Of a DNA stretch of 64,000 bases, positions 47,161 to 57,360 are shown piece after piece. The notes beneath the pieces are model-generated. The model was given only the letters and a program-made list of their open reading frames with translations. It did no database searches and was not told the DNA's origin. This DNA is from an uncultured Candidatus Saccharibacteria bacterium. Its GTDB lineage: Bacteria > Patescibacteriota > Minisyncoccia > Phycocordibacterales > UBA9973. Positions within the stretch are counted from its first letter, which is position 1. Each line of letters begins with the position of its first letter. Both the position numbers and the translations under genes were made by a program. The DNA is taken from contig CAZGNC010000002.1 in assembly GCA_964527235.1 (NCBI GenBank), positions 146,381-210,380 on the forward strand, written 5' to 3'.

Positions 47161-49089
47161 ATGACTCAGCCTGGTGAAGATAATTTAAGTAAAGTTGAAG
47201 AATTAAAGAAGAGATTGTTCAGTCGTAACTACCAAATGAAGGTAGAGCATCGCGACAATTTCTCGCCATTGCCCACAAAGGAAGTTCCTGAGGATTGGCA
47301 GGGTGAGCCCGAGAAGCCTAGATTGGGTGAGCAAATTTTTATGAAAACTTCATTCTTTAAGAAATTCTTTCTTTTTTCCTTGGCCTTTTTCGTTTTGGCT
47401 GCAGGGTATGCTGCCTATATGTTCTTTGCTCAGGGCAATACTGTTTCTAACAAAAATATAGATATAGCAGTTCTTGGCAATACTTTCACTGCAGGGGGAG
47501 AAGAGCTCTCACTTGTTGTTGAGATAACCAACAGGAACAGCCTTCCTCTAGAGTCGGTAGATTTGATAGTTGAATATCCGAAAGGTTCTGAGGGTGGGTT
47601 GCTTCAAGATTCTGAAAGAATTCGCGAGACATTAGAGGGCATACCGTCTGGAGAGGTAGTAAGCAAAAATATTAAAATAGTGCTTTTCGGAGAGCAGGGT
47701 AGCATTCGTCCAGTTAGGATAGCTATGGAATACAGAATGGAAGGCTCGAATGCAACTTTCGTTAAAGAAAAATTATATGAAGTCACTATCAACTCTACGC
47801 CACTTAATGTATCTATAACTGGGCCTAGTAGTGCAAGCCCGAACCAAAATGTAACCCTAGAAGTCAAAGCTTCTTTAAATGCTACGAAATCATTGCCAAA
47901 GGTTTTGATTCGAGTGGATTACCCAACAGGCTTCCAGTTCGCTTCTGCTAACCCAGCACCTTCATTTGGAAGTAATATTTGGAATTTAGGTGACTTGGCT
48001 CCAGGGGCAGAAAAGATCATATCTATTAATGGTAAAATGATTGATGTTTTCGATGGTGAGGAAAAGTCATTTCGCGCTTGGAGTGGCTCGCAATCTACTG
48101 CAGACAAGGCGGTCATAGATGTTGTGTTTAATTCTGTATTACATACATTAGCCATAAAGAAACCTCTAATAACCGCAGATATATTTATCGAAGGCGATCG
48201 TGCACGCGAGCACGCGTTAGATTCTAAGACTAACATCACCGGAGAAATTCGTTGGTCCAACAATCTGGATACTAAGATAAATGACTTCGTTATCAAAGCA
48301 GAAATTTCAGGTAATGCCGTTAATCGTAAGACAATAAGCGCTCAGCAAGGTTTCTATGAATCCTCAACCGACACCATTATCTGGGATAAGAATTCTATGA
48401 ATAAATTCAAGGAAATAAATCCTGGTGATTCTGGTTCAGTGGTTTTCTCGCTTTCACCAAATTCATTGTTCGGTGCATCTAACGGCATGCTATCTAGCCC
48501 TACGATAAATATAGACGTTACTATTGAAGGCAAGCAACCACTAGTAGAATATGCCTTGCAGAGTTTGAGTACCAAGGAGTCAACTTCGATAAAGATTATT
48601 TCTGATCTAGGATTCTCAGCTAAGGCGCTTTATTTCTCTGGTCCTCTTACCAACAAGGGTCCCATACCTCCAAAAGCTGAACAAGAAACTACCTATACCG
48701 TGGCTTGGTCGCTTTCAAATACCGCGAATAATATTTCTAAGGCCAAGATAGTTGCTAGCTTGCCAAACTGGGTGTCCTTCGGTGGGGCGGTTTCCCCAAC
48801 AGGTGAGGACATAACTTATAACCAAGCAACCAGAGAAATTACTTGGAATATTGGTTCTATACCTCAAGGCACAGGTATAACCAACAAATTCCGAGAGGCA
48901 TTTTTCCAAATAAAGTTGAAACCTTCTCTATCTCAAGTCAACAATTCTCCTACAATAATTAATGATGCAGTTTTGACTGGACACGATGATTTTGCTAACG
49001 TGGATGTAAAGGTTAAAAAAGGTGTATTAGATACCAGGCTTTCGAGTGATCCAGGATTCCCTCTAAGCGGAGATCGAGTGGTTGAATAG
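47161..49089 (+). CDS. Membrane-anchored multi-Ig-like (DUF11-like) hypothetical protein
   Basis: One TM near the N-terminus, repeated beta-sandwich modules (WNLGDLAPG, WNIGSIPQG). Confidence 0.75.
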   Translation: MTQPGEDNLSKVEELKKRLFSRNYQMKVEHRDNFSPLPTKEVPEDWQGEPEKPRLGEQIFMKTSFFKKFFLFSLAFFVLAAGYAAYMFFAQGNTVSNKNIDIAVLGNTFTAGGEELSLVVEITNRNSLPLESVDLIVEYPKGSEGGLLQDSERIRETLEGIPSGEVVSKNIKIVLFGEQGSIRPVRIAMEYRMEGSNATFVKEKLYEVTINSTPLNVSITGPSSASPNQNVTLEVKASLNATKSLPKVLIRVDYPTGFQFASANPAPSFGSNIWNLGDLAPGAEKIISINGKMIDVFDGEEKSFRAWSGSQSTADKAVIDVVFNSVLHTLAIKKPLITADIFIEGDRAREHALDSKTNITGEIRWSNNLDTKINDFVIKAEISGNAVNRKTISAQQGFYESSTDTIIWDKNSMNKFKEINPGDSGSVVFSLSPNSLFGASNGMLSSPTINIDVTIEGKQPLVEYALQSLSTKESTSIKIISDLGFSAKALYFSGPLTNKGPIPPKAEQETTYTVAWSLSNTANNISKAKIVASLPNWVSFGGAVSPTGEDITYNQATREITWNIGSIPQGTGITNKFREAFFQIKLKPSLSQVNNSPTIINDAVLTGHDDFANVDVKVKKGVLDTRLSSDPGFPLSGDRVVE

Positions 49090-49109
49090 AGCTCGAGCAT
49101 AATAATAAA

Positions 49110-50417
49110 ATGAAAAACGAAAAAGAAAATAATGATGGTTTGATGGAGAAGATTGTTTCGCTTTGCAAAAGACGAGGTTTTATTTTCCCTGGTTCTGAGG
49201 TGTACGGGGGACTAGCTGGTACTTATGATTGGGGGCATTTCGGCTTGGCTCTAAAGAACAACATCAAGCAAAATTGGTGGAAGAAGTTCGTAGATTCACG
49301 TCGTGATATGTATGGTATCGATGCTGCGATCATAATGAACGGGAAAGTCTGGGAAGCTTCTGGACACGTAGCAGGATTTGCGGATCCTATGGTTGAGTGC
49401 GAGAAATGCAAACGTAGATTTCGTGCAGATCAAATAGAAGACAAAGAAAAGTGTGCAGAATGCGGTGGCAAACTTGGTGAACCGAAGCAGTTCAACATGA
49501 TGTTTGTCACCAAGATCGGTGCTTCAGAAGATAGTGCTTCGACTGTGTATCTTAGACCTGAAACTGCACAGGGAATATTTGTGAATTTTAAAAACACAGT
49601 AGACGCGTTTCATCCCAAGCTACCTTTCGGTATTGCTCAGATTGGTAAGGCTTTCAGGAATGAGATTACTCCACGAGACTTTATCTTTCGTCAGCGAGAA
49701 TTCGAACAGATGGAAGTAGAGTATTTCGTGAGACCCGAAGATTGGGAGAAATATTTCGAATATTGGAGGGGCGAAATGGTTGGTTGGATGGAAGAAATAG
49801 GCATAGACATGAACAAGCTTCATGAAGTCGAAATAGGTGACGGCGATCGTGCTCACTACTCTAAGCGCACTATTGATTTCGAGTTTGAATATCCGTTTGG
49901 ACAGAAAGAGCTTTTTGGCTTGGCTTATAGAACTGATTTCGATCTAACTAATCACAAACTAGACTATATAGATGAAGAAAGGGCAGAGAAGATCGTACCT
50001 CACGTAATAGAGCCTTCAATGGGAGTAGACAGAGCGGTGCTTTCCGTACTTCTTTCTGCTTATGCAGAAGATGAGAAGGATGGCGAAGTGCGTTCATACT
50101 TTAAATTTAAACCTAACATGGCTCCGGTAATTTGTGCAGTGTCTCCACTACTAAAGAACAAGCCCGAACTCGTAGAGTACGCCAATACGAAAGTATTCGC
50201 TCCGCTTAAGGCTGAGTTCGGCCGGGTTATCTGGGACGACAACGGCAACATCGGCAAGCGCTACCGAAGACAGGATGAGATCGGTACGCCGTTTTGTATC
50301 GTAGTTGACTTCGATACCTTAGAAGACAATACAGTTACTGTTCGAGATCGAGATACTGGAGAACAAGAGAGAGTGAGAGTAGCAGATTTAGAGAAGTATA
50401 TAAAAGATAGAATCTAG
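49110..50417 (+). CDS. glyQS: Glycine--tRNA ligase (alpha2 type)
   Basis: CKRRGF, YLRPETAQG, FRNEITP, REFEQME, IEPSMG, IGKRYRRQDEIGTP. Confidence 0.96.
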   Translation: MKNEKENNDGLMEKIVSLCKRRGFIFPGSEVYGGLAGTYDWGHFGLALKNNIKQNWWKKFVDSRRDMYGIDAAIIMNGKVWEASGHVAGFADPMVECEKCKRRFRADQIEDKEKCAECGGKLGEPKQFNMMFVTKIGASEDSASTVYLRPETAQGIFVNFKNTVDAFHPKLPFGIAQIGKAFRNEITPRDFIFRQREFEQMEVEYFVRPEDWEKYFEYWRGEMVGWMEEIGIDMNKLHEVEIGDGDRAHYSKRTIDFEFEYPFGQKELFGLAYRTDFDLTNHKLDYIDEERAEKIVPHVIEPSMGVDRAVLSVLLSAYAEDEKDGEVRSYFKFKPNMAPVICAVSPLLKNKPELVEYANTKVFAPLKAEFGRVIWDDNGNIGKRYRRQDEIGTPFCIVVDFDTLEDNTVTVRDRDTGEQERVRVADLEKYIKDRI

Positions 50418-50849
50418 ATGAAAAAAGGAGAAGATTATACTGGGGTTGCTGTCGTATTTTTGTGTCATGATGGTAATGGCAGTTTTCTCCTGAGTAAAAG
50501 GGGTATAAATTCTCGTGATGAGCACGGGACTTGGGACCCAGGGGGAGGTAGTATTGAATTTGGTGATACTGCTGAGAACACTCTAAAGAAAGAAATAAAA
50601 GAAGAGTACTGCACAGATGTTTTGAGTTATGAATTCTTGGGCTATCGTGATGTGCATCGAGAACACGGTGGTAGAAAGACACATTGGGTGGTGCTGGATT
50701 TTAAAGTATTAGTGGATAGATCTCAAGCTAAAAATGGTGAACCACACAAGCTGGATGCAGTTGATTGGTTTACTTTAGAAAATTTACCGTCACCAGTGCA
50801 TTCACAGTTCCCAAATTTTTTGAATTTATATAAAGATAAAATAAAATGA
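50418..50849 (+). CDS. NUDIX hydrolase
   Basis: PGGGSIEFGD...LKKEIKEEY, GEPHK. Confidence 0.85.
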   Translation: MKKGEDYTGVAVVFLCHDGNGSFLLSKRGINSRDEHGTWDPGGGSIEFGDTAENTLKKEIKEEYCTDVLSYEFLGYRDVHREHGGRKTHWVVLDFKVLVDRSQAKNGEPHKLDAVDWFTLENLPSPVHSQFPNFLNLYKDKIK

Positions 50850-52114
50850 AATTTACAAAAAAAGTTCTACATAATGGTTTAAGGGTAGTCACAGTCCCTA
50901 TGAAGGATAACCCTACGGTGACGGTTTTGGTGTTGGTAGAAGCTGGTTCGAAATATGAGACCAAGAAGTTAAACGGTATTTCACATTTTCTTGAGCACAT
51001 GTGTTTCAAGGGTACAGCCAAGAGACCTAAGGCCATTGATATATCCAAGGAACTAGATGCCCTAGGGAGCCATTACAACGCCTTTACAGCTCAAGAATAC
51101 ACAGGATACTATGCCAAAGCCGAAGCTAAGCATTTCGGGCAGATTCTAGATATTGTCTCAGATGTTTACCTAAATTCGACATTCCCAGAGGCTGAAATGC
51201 AGAAAGAAAAAGGCGTGATTATAGAAGAGATAAATATGTATGAAGACACGCCCAGTAGACATGTGCAGGATTTGGTTATGCAACTTCTGTATGGCGACAC
51301 CCCAGCAGGGTGGAACATCGCAGGCGAGAAGAAAAATATTCTTGCGATGGAGCGAGAAGACTTCGTGAAGTACAAAAGCGAGCATTATCTTCCCGAAGCA
51401 ACTACTCTGGTGGTTGCGGGCAAGGTCACCGAGAAGAATGTACTAAAAGCTGTAGAGAAAATATTCGGCCATATTCCACGTGGAGGTAAGCAACCTAAAA
51501 TCAAAGTCATCGAGAAGCAGACCAAACCTGAAGCTTTAGTGAAGTTCAAGAAAACTGACCAGACGCATTTCGTGCTAGCGATGCGGTCTTATGATTTGTT
51601 TAATAAAAACAATCCTGTGCTTTCCGTTCTAAGCGGTGTGTTGGGTGGGGGTATGAGTTCTAGGCTCTTCCAGAAACTTCGCGAGGAAATGGGGGTAGGT
51701 TATTATGTGAATGCTTACAACGATACATATACTGATCACGGATTTTTTCAGATTTCAGCAGGAGTAGATAATAAAAGAATCCATGAGGTCATCAAAGCAG
51801 TTTTGGAAGAATGTAAAAAGCTAACCACTGAGAAAGTTTCTGAAGAAGAATTAAATAAAGTTAAGCAACTTTTGGTGGGGAACTTGAAGCTATCTTTAGA
51901 ATCTAGTGATTCCTTGGCAAATTTCTTTGGAGGACAAGAACTTCTACGACATGACATCAAGAGTGCCGAAGATAAAGCGCGGGAGATCAATAAAGTTACC
52001 AGTGCGCAGGTGCAGATAATGGCTAGGGAGATATTCCAAAACCAGAAACTTAACCTTGCCCTTATAGGTCCTTTTAAAGACAAGAAAGAATTCTTGAAAA
52101 ACCTGAAATTCTAA
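50846..52114 (+). CDS. M16 family zinc peptidase
   Basis: Inverted zinc motif HFLEH, NAFT, GGGMSSRLF. Confidence 0.93.
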   Translation: MKFTKKVLHNGLRVVTVPMKDNPTVTVLVLVEAGSKYETKKLNGISHFLEHMCFKGTAKRPKAIDISKELDALGSHYNAFTAQEYTGYYAKAEAKHFGQILDIVSDVYLNSTFPEAEMQKEKGVIIEEINMYEDTPSRHVQDLVMQLLYGDTPAGWNIAGEKKNILAMEREDFVKYKSEHYLPEATTLVVAGKVTEKNVLKAVEKIFGHIPRGGKQPKIKVIEKQTKPEALVKFKKTDQTHFVLAMRSYDLFNKNNPVLSVLSGVLGGGMSSRLFQKLREEMGVGYYVNAYNDTYTDHGFFQISAGVDNKRIHEVIKAVLEECKKLTTEKVSEEELNKVKQLLVGNLKLSLESSDSLANFFGGQELLRHDIKSAEDKAREINKVTSAQVQIMAREIFQNQKLNLALIGPFKDKKEFLKNLKF

Positions 52115-52153
52115 AGAATTCTAATTTATTAGGTTTTGTGATACTATAATCTC

Positions 52154-53227
52154 ATGTTTAAGTCATCTGAGGTTACTCCTGTTGCCATATCGACTGGGAC
52201 CATGGTCCGTGCGATTTTACTCGCAGTGGGAGTTTTTGCTATATGGGTTCTACGTGATTTAGTGCTAGTGCTTCTTACAGCAATTATTATTTCTTCTTTC
52301 GTTGAGTCTTCTGTGCCGTATTTCAAGAAGATAGGTATAGGCAGGGTACCTGGCATCGTTGTTCTTTATGTAGCCATTATTGGTTTTTTTGCCGGGATGT
52401 TCTATCTTTTTGCTCCGCTTCTAATTACCGAAATTTATAATTTCTCTACGTTCCTAGCGTCTTATTTTCCAGGTGTGAGTTTCTTAGATTATTTTAAAGA
52501 TGAAGCGTTTTCTGGGGCGAAAGACATAGTTTCAGGGTTGTCAGGTGAATTTTCTTTGGCATCTTTGATGCTAGTTTCTAAAGCGTTTCTTGAGAACCTA
52601 TCAGGAGGTTTCGTGAAGACTCTTTCAGTAGCTTTTGGTAGTATATTCAACTTCATGCTTATCGTGCTCATTTCATTTTATCTTTCAGTGCAAGAAAACG
52701 GCATTGAGAATTTCTTGAGAATAATTTTACCGATAGAACACGAGGAATATGTGGTGGGGCTTTGGAAGCGTTCTCGCAGGAAAATCGCATTATGGTTCAA
52801 GGGTCAGTTGCTTCTGAGCGTTATTATCACCGTGCTGACTTATCTAGTGCTTGCACTTATGGGCATCAAGTACGCACTATTGCTATCTATTATCGCTGGG
52901 ATCATGGAGCTTGTGCCTTATGGAGTCTTGGTTGCTCTAGTGCCGGCTGCAGCATTTTCCTATCTCTCGGGTGGATTGGCTAGTGCACTAATGGTTTCTG
53001 GAGCATATCTCATAATTCACCAGTTCGAAGTATTTCTTTTTGCTCCGCTTGTGATAAAGGGAGTAGTCGGGCTTTCTCCAATAGTGATAATCCTAGCCGC
53101 TATTATAGGCTTTGAGCTGGGTGGTTTCTGGGGCGCTCTTATTTCTATACCACTAACAGTGTTTATTATTGAGCTCATGGACGACATGGAGAAGAAGAAA
53201 ATTTCTCACAAAAACACTCATGCCTAA
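52154..53227 (+). CDS. AI-2E/PerM family membrane transporter
   Basis: Multi-TM, ELVPYG, P.V....VGLSP, GFWGALISIP. Confidence 0.85.
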   Translation: MFKSSEVTPVAISTGTMVRAILLAVGVFAIWVLRDLVLVLLTAIIISSFVESSVPYFKKIGIGRVPGIVVLYVAIIGFFAGMFYLFAPLLITEIYNFSTFLASYFPGVSFLDYFKDEAFSGAKDIVSGLSGEFSLASLMLVSKAFLENLSGGFVKTLSVAFGSIFNFMLIVLISFYLSVQENGIENFLRIILPIEHEEYVVGLWKRSRRKIALWFKGQLLLSVIITVLTYLVLALMGIKYALLLSIIAGIMELVPYGVLVALVPAAAFSYLSGGLASALMVSGAYLIIHQFEVFLFAPLVIKGVVGLSPIVIILAAIIGFELGGFWGALISIPLTVFIIELMDDMEKKKISHKNTHA

Positions 53228-54674
53228 GAAAAGTTTCTACCTAACAACCACGCTTCCTTATGTTAATGCAGATCTTCACATGGGTCATGCGCTCGAATTC
53301 GTGCGCGCAGATGTAATAGCTCGTTACAAAAAGCTTCAAGGTTTCGATGTGTTTTTCAATACTGGTACCGATGAGCACGGAATGAAGATATACGAGAAGG
53401 CGCAAGCACAGGGTGTGAGTGCGCAGGAGTTTGTTGATGAGAGTTTTAAGAGTTTTCGAGAATCGGTAAAGATATTCGGTATGGACGAAGAGATACTGCA
53501 TTTCACTCGTACTACTGACCCGCACCATGTTGCTTCGGCACAAGAATTTTGGAAGAGAGTCTATAATAATGGCTATATATATAAGAAGAACTATGAAGCC
53601 AAGTACTGCGTTGGTTGCGAAGAAACCAAGAGCGATTCTGAGCTTGTGAATGGGGAGTGTGCGATACATCCTGGCAGGGCGCTCGAAATAATTCAAGAAG
53701 AAAATTACTTTTTTAAATACAGTGAGTTCGGAGATAAGTTGCTTGATTTCTATAAATCTAATCCTGATTTCGTAGTTCCTGATTTTCGTTTCAATGAAGT
53801 GAAGGCCTTTGTGGAGAGGGGGTTGCAAGACTTCTCTATTTCTCGACTGAAGTCCAAGATGCCTTGGGGGATAGATGTTCCCGGAGACTCCGAGCATGTT
53901 ATGTATGTTTGGTTTGATGCGCTAACTAACTACATATCTACACTAGGCTGGCCAGAAAATGAAAGAGATCTAGAAGGGGACTTTCAGAAATATTGGGTGC
54001 ATGGTACGCCCACACAATACTGTGGGAAAGACAACACGCGCTTTCAATCAGCTATGTGGCAGGCGATGCTCATGGCCTCTGATGTGCCAGGATCAAACAA
54101 AATAGTGGTAAATGGTTTCATTACTGCGGACCAGGGAGTGAAGATGTCTAAGACACTAGGCAACGTGGTTGACCCTAAGGATATAGTCGCCGAATACGGC
54201 ACAGATGCACTGCGTTACTTTTTGTTGCGAGAGATTTCTTCTTTTGAAGACAGTCCTTTTACAATGGAGAGATTTAAAGATGCTTACAACTCAGGGCTTG
54301 CGAATGGTTTGGGGAATTTAACTAGTAGAATTTTAACCTTGTCAGAAAAACATTTAGGTTCGATCCCGGAAATGGATCACCGCTTTGTATCTCAGATTCC
54401 TGAATTTATAAATGAATTTAAAATTCAAAATGCCGTTAACGTAGTTTGGAGTTTAGTTGATGAACTAGATAGATACATCCAAGACACCGAGGCTTTTAAG
54501 GTTATCAAGATAGATGAACAAAAGGGGAGAGAACTTATCTTAGAGTATGTTCAAAAGTTGTTTACAATAAGCCAAGCGTTGGGTCCATTTCTTCCCGAAA
54601 CCTCAAAAACAATTCAGGAATTAATCAGAACCAACAAAAAACCCGAAAAACCCTTATTTTTAAGGAGGGATTAA
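53220..54674 (+). CDS. metG: Methionine--tRNA ligase
   Basis: PYVNADLHMGH, GTDEHG, YVWFDAL, KMSKTLGN; start taken at MPKK. Confidence 0.95.
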   Translation: MPKKSFYLTTTLPYVNADLHMGHALEFVRADVIARYKKLQGFDVFFNTGTDEHGMKIYEKAQAQGVSAQEFVDESFKSFRESVKIFGMDEEILHFTRTTDPHHVASAQEFWKRVYNNGYIYKKNYEAKYCVGCEETKSDSELVNGECAIHPGRALEIIQEENYFFKYSEFGDKLLDFYKSNPDFVVPDFRFNEVKAFVERGLQDFSISRLKSKMPWGIDVPGDSEHVMYVWFDALTNYISTLGWPENERDLEGDFQKYWVHGTPTQYCGKDNTRFQSAMWQAMLMASDVPGSNKIVVNGFITADQGVKMSKTLGNVVDPKDIVAEYGTDALRYFLLREISSFEDSPFTMERFKDAYNSGLANGLGNLTSRILTLSEKHLGSIPEMDHRFVSQIPEFINEFKIQNAVNVVWSLVDELDRYIQDTEAFKVIKIDEQKGRELILEYVQKLFTISQALGPFLPETSKTIQELIRTNKKPEKPLFLRRD

Positions 54675-55211
54675 ATGATTTCGATGAATTTACTTGTTGT
54701 AGATAATCAGACTAAACACCTCGATGCTCTAGTGCAATTTCTTCCTGGCACAGTGTCAGTGGTAAAGAAAAATGACATAGATATAAGTGATTTAGAATCA
54801 TATGATCTTATAGTTTTTTCTGGTGGTTCAGGGGTTCCGACGGTTGCAGAAAACCCAGAGGTGTATTTTTCTGAAATTTCAATAATACAAAATTTTTCTA
54901 AACCGATTTTAGGTGTTTGTCTTGGGGCTGAGATTATAAATGTTGCCTTAGGTGGCACAGTTAGAAGGTTAGAAGAGAGAGTTGCAGGTAATTACGAAAT
55001 AAATATTTCAGGACGGTATTTTTCTGTTGTTGAAGCACATATTATGGCAATAGATAATTTAGCAGAGACCTTAGAGCCACTTGCAGATTCTAAATTTGGA
55101 GTTGAAGTTTTTAAACATAAAACCAGGCCCATAGTTGGTGTTCAGTTTCATCCAGAAATTAGCAATAATCCAGAATTGAGAGATTTAATATTTAATTTCT
55201 TGATAAAATAA
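54675..55211 (+). CDS. Stand-alone class I glutamine amidotransferase
   Basis: SGG, GVCLG, QFHPE catalytic triad; start may be 54684. Confidence 0.85.
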   Translation: MISMNLLVVDNQTKHLDALVQFLPGTVSVVKKNDIDISDLESYDLIVFSGGSGVPTVAENPEVYFSEISIIQNFSKPILGVCLGAEIINVALGGTVRRLEERVAGNYEINISGRYFSVVEAHIMAIDNLAETLEPLADSKFGVEVFKHKTRPIVGVQFHPEISNNPELRDLIFNFLIK

Positions 55212-55215
55212 TATT

Positions 55216-56055
55216 ATGCCCAAATACATAGACATACACAGCCATGTTAATTTCAAGGCTTTCGATGAGGATCGAGACGCTGTTATTAAGCGTGCCTTAG
55301 ATAGCGATACTTGGGTGATAAATGTAGGTACTCAAGTAGATACTTCTCGCGATGCTGTTGCTTTGGCAAACAAATATTCTGAGGGAGTCTATGCAATTAT
55401 TGGTCTGCATCCTATTCATACTGGTGCATCGTATCACGATGAGAAAGAGCTAGGCGAGGGCGGGAAAGAATTTACTTCCCGTGGAGAAATTTTCGATAAA
55501 GATTTTTACCGAGAGCTTTTGAAAGATCCTAAGGTGGTAGCGATAGGGGAATGCGGGCTGGATTATTATCGCATGGATGCAGAATCTATCGAGAAACAGA
55601 AAGTTGCATTTATTGCGCAGATTGATCTTGCTAATGAATTCAATAAACCTCTAATGCTTCATATAAGAAATAACCCTAAAGATAACACCCATGATGCTTA
55701 TATGGATTCTCTCGAACTTCTGAAACAGCATGCCAAAGTAAAAGGTGATGTGCATTTCTTCGCTGGCAGTTGGGATGTGGCGAAAGCTTTCTTAGATTTT
55801 GGATTCACTCTATCTTTCACTGGAGTTGTAACTTTCACCCATGATTACGATGAGGTCGTCAGAAATACTCCACTTAATATGATAATGTCTGAGACTGACT
55901 CTCCGTACATCACCCCAACTCCTCATAGGGGTAAAAGAAACGAGCCTGTGTATGTACAAGAAGTAGTGAAGAAAATAGCCGAGATAAAGGGCCTATCTCT
56001 CGAAGAAGTAAGCTCTGCTTTAGTGGCCAACGCCCGCCGAGTTTTCTCTATTTAG
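55216..56055 (+). CDS. tatD: TatD family DNase
   Basis: DIHSH, GLHP, IGECGLDY, ETDSPY, RGKRNEP. Confidence 0.93.
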   Translation: MPKYIDIHSHVNFKAFDEDRDAVIKRALDSDTWVINVGTQVDTSRDAVALANKYSEGVYAIIGLHPIHTGASYHDEKELGEGGKEFTSRGEIFDKDFYRELLKDPKVVAIGECGLDYYRMDAESIEKQKVAFIAQIDLANEFNKPLMLHIRNNPKDNTHDAYMDSLELLKQHAKVKGDVHFFAGSWDVAKAFLDFGFTLSFTGVVTFTHDYDEVVRNTPLNMIMSETDSPYITPTPHRGKRNEPVYVQEVVKKIAEIKGLSLEEVSSALVANARRVFSI

Positions 56056-56109
56056 GCTCTAGGGGCACCCTCCTTGCGTTTTCTCTACCTTTTTGTTATT
56101 ATGCACCTT

Positions 56110-56619
56110 ATGCGAAACAAGGCAGATGAAGCTAAAAATGAAGATATGACGACTAAAGAACCCAAGGTTTACGAGGTGGGCTACCTTCTGGTCCCTAGTA
56201 TGTCCGAAGAGGAAGTACCAGCGGTTTATGGTAATTTGAAAGATCTTATTGCTAATCTTGGAGGAGAGGTTATTTCTGATGAAATGCCTAAAATGATGAA
56301 CCTCGCTTATACTATGTCTAAAGTTGTTTCTAACGTACGCAGTAAGTTCGATTCTGCCTACTTTGGTTGGACTAAGTTCTATATGTCTCCAGAGAAAGTT
56401 GTAGAATTAAAGAAGGCTCTCGATCTAGATACTAAATTCATAAGATTCTTGACTATCAAGACTGTTAAAGAAAATACTGTAGCCTCAAGGAGATTTGTCG
56501 GCAAAGACACTATTCGTCGCAAGACTCCAGGTACTAAGGTTGAAGGCGAGGAAGAAGTAGTTATGCCTATCAACAAAGAGGAGATAGACAAGGAGATAGA
56601 CGCCCTAGTGCAAGCTTAA
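56110..56619 (+). CDS. rpsF: 30S ribosomal protein S6
   Basis: YEVGYL, LAY, AYFGW, IRFL; rpsF-ssb-rpsR order; promoter TTGCGT-17-TATTAT ends 7 nt before ATG 56110. Confidence 0.85.
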   Translation: MRNKADEAKNEDMTTKEPKVYEVGYLLVPSMSEEEVPAVYGNLKDLIANLGGEVISDEMPKMMNLAYTMSKVVSNVRSKFDSAYFGWTKFYMSPEKVVELKKALDLDTKFIRFLTIKTVKENTVASRRFVGKDTIRRKTPGTKVEGEEEVVMPINKEEIDKEIDALVQA

Positions 56620-56627
56620 ATTTAAAT

Positions 56628-57083
56628 ATGTTTCTAAACAAAGCAATTCTAATAGGAAATCTAACCCGCGACCCAGAGTTGCGATCACTTCCTTCTGGTA
56701 TTAAAGTTTGTTCATTCTCTATTGCTACTAATCGTGTCTGGAAAGATAAGAATGGTGCAAGACAAGAATCAGCTGATTATCACAATGTTGTAGTCTTCGG
56801 TCGCCAAGCAGAAACAGTTGCTCAGTATATGAAGAAAGGCAACTCGATATTAGTAGAAGGTAGAATTCAGACTAGGAGTTGGGATGACAAGGGAAGTGGT
56901 GAGAAGAAGTATCGCACTGAGATCGTCGCCGACAGAACTCAGTTTGGTCCGAAGGGAGGAGGAGCTCCTATGGCCTCAGCAGGACCTGCAACAGGCACCA
57001 AGAATTCACCTCAGAGTCCTGAAGAAGTCGATACTATCGAGTATCCCGAGGAAGACATTAACCCAGAAGACATTCCGTTTTAA
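56628..57083 (+). CDS. ssb: Single-stranded DNA-binding protein
   Basis: NKAILIGNLTRDPELR, EGRIQTRSW, C-terminal EDIPF. Confidence 0.97.
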   Translation: MFLNKAILIGNLTRDPELRSLPSGIKVCSFSIATNRVWKDKNGARQESADYHNVVVFGRQAETVAQYMKKGNSILVEGRIQTRSWDDKGSGEKKYRTEIVADRTQFGPKGGGAPMASAGPATGTKNSPQSPEEVDTIEYPEEDINPEDIPF

Positions 57084-57104
57084 TCGCAATTTAATTAAAA
57101 ATAT

Positions 57105-57305
57105 ATGAAACAAGATTACTTTTCAGCAAACAATATAAAACACATAGATTACAAGGATATCGAGATCCTAACTAAGTTCATCAACCCTAACGGCAAGATA
57201 ATGAACCACAAGCGCACTGGTGTTACCCTCAAGAATCAACGCCAGCTAGCTTCTGCAATCAAGAACGCTCGCTTCCTAGGACTTCTTCCTTTCGTAGCAA
57301 AATAA
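57105..57305 (+). CDS. rpsR: 30S ribosomal protein S18
   Basis: IDYKD, GKI...[22 protein letters not shown]. Confidence 0.95.
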   Translation: MKQDYFSANNIKHIDYKDIEILTKFINPNGKIMNHKRTGVTLKNQRQLASAIKNARFLGLLPFVAK

Positions 57306-57310
57306 GACTC

Positions 57311-57345
57311 ATCAAAAAATCCCCCGTATGGGGGATTTTTTGATT
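57311..57345. terminator. Bidirectional terminator between rpsR and efp
   Basis: ATCAAAAAATCCCCC-GTAT-GGGGGATTTTTTGATT. Confidence 0.88.
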
Positions 57346-57360
57346 TAACGGCTTTATTAT

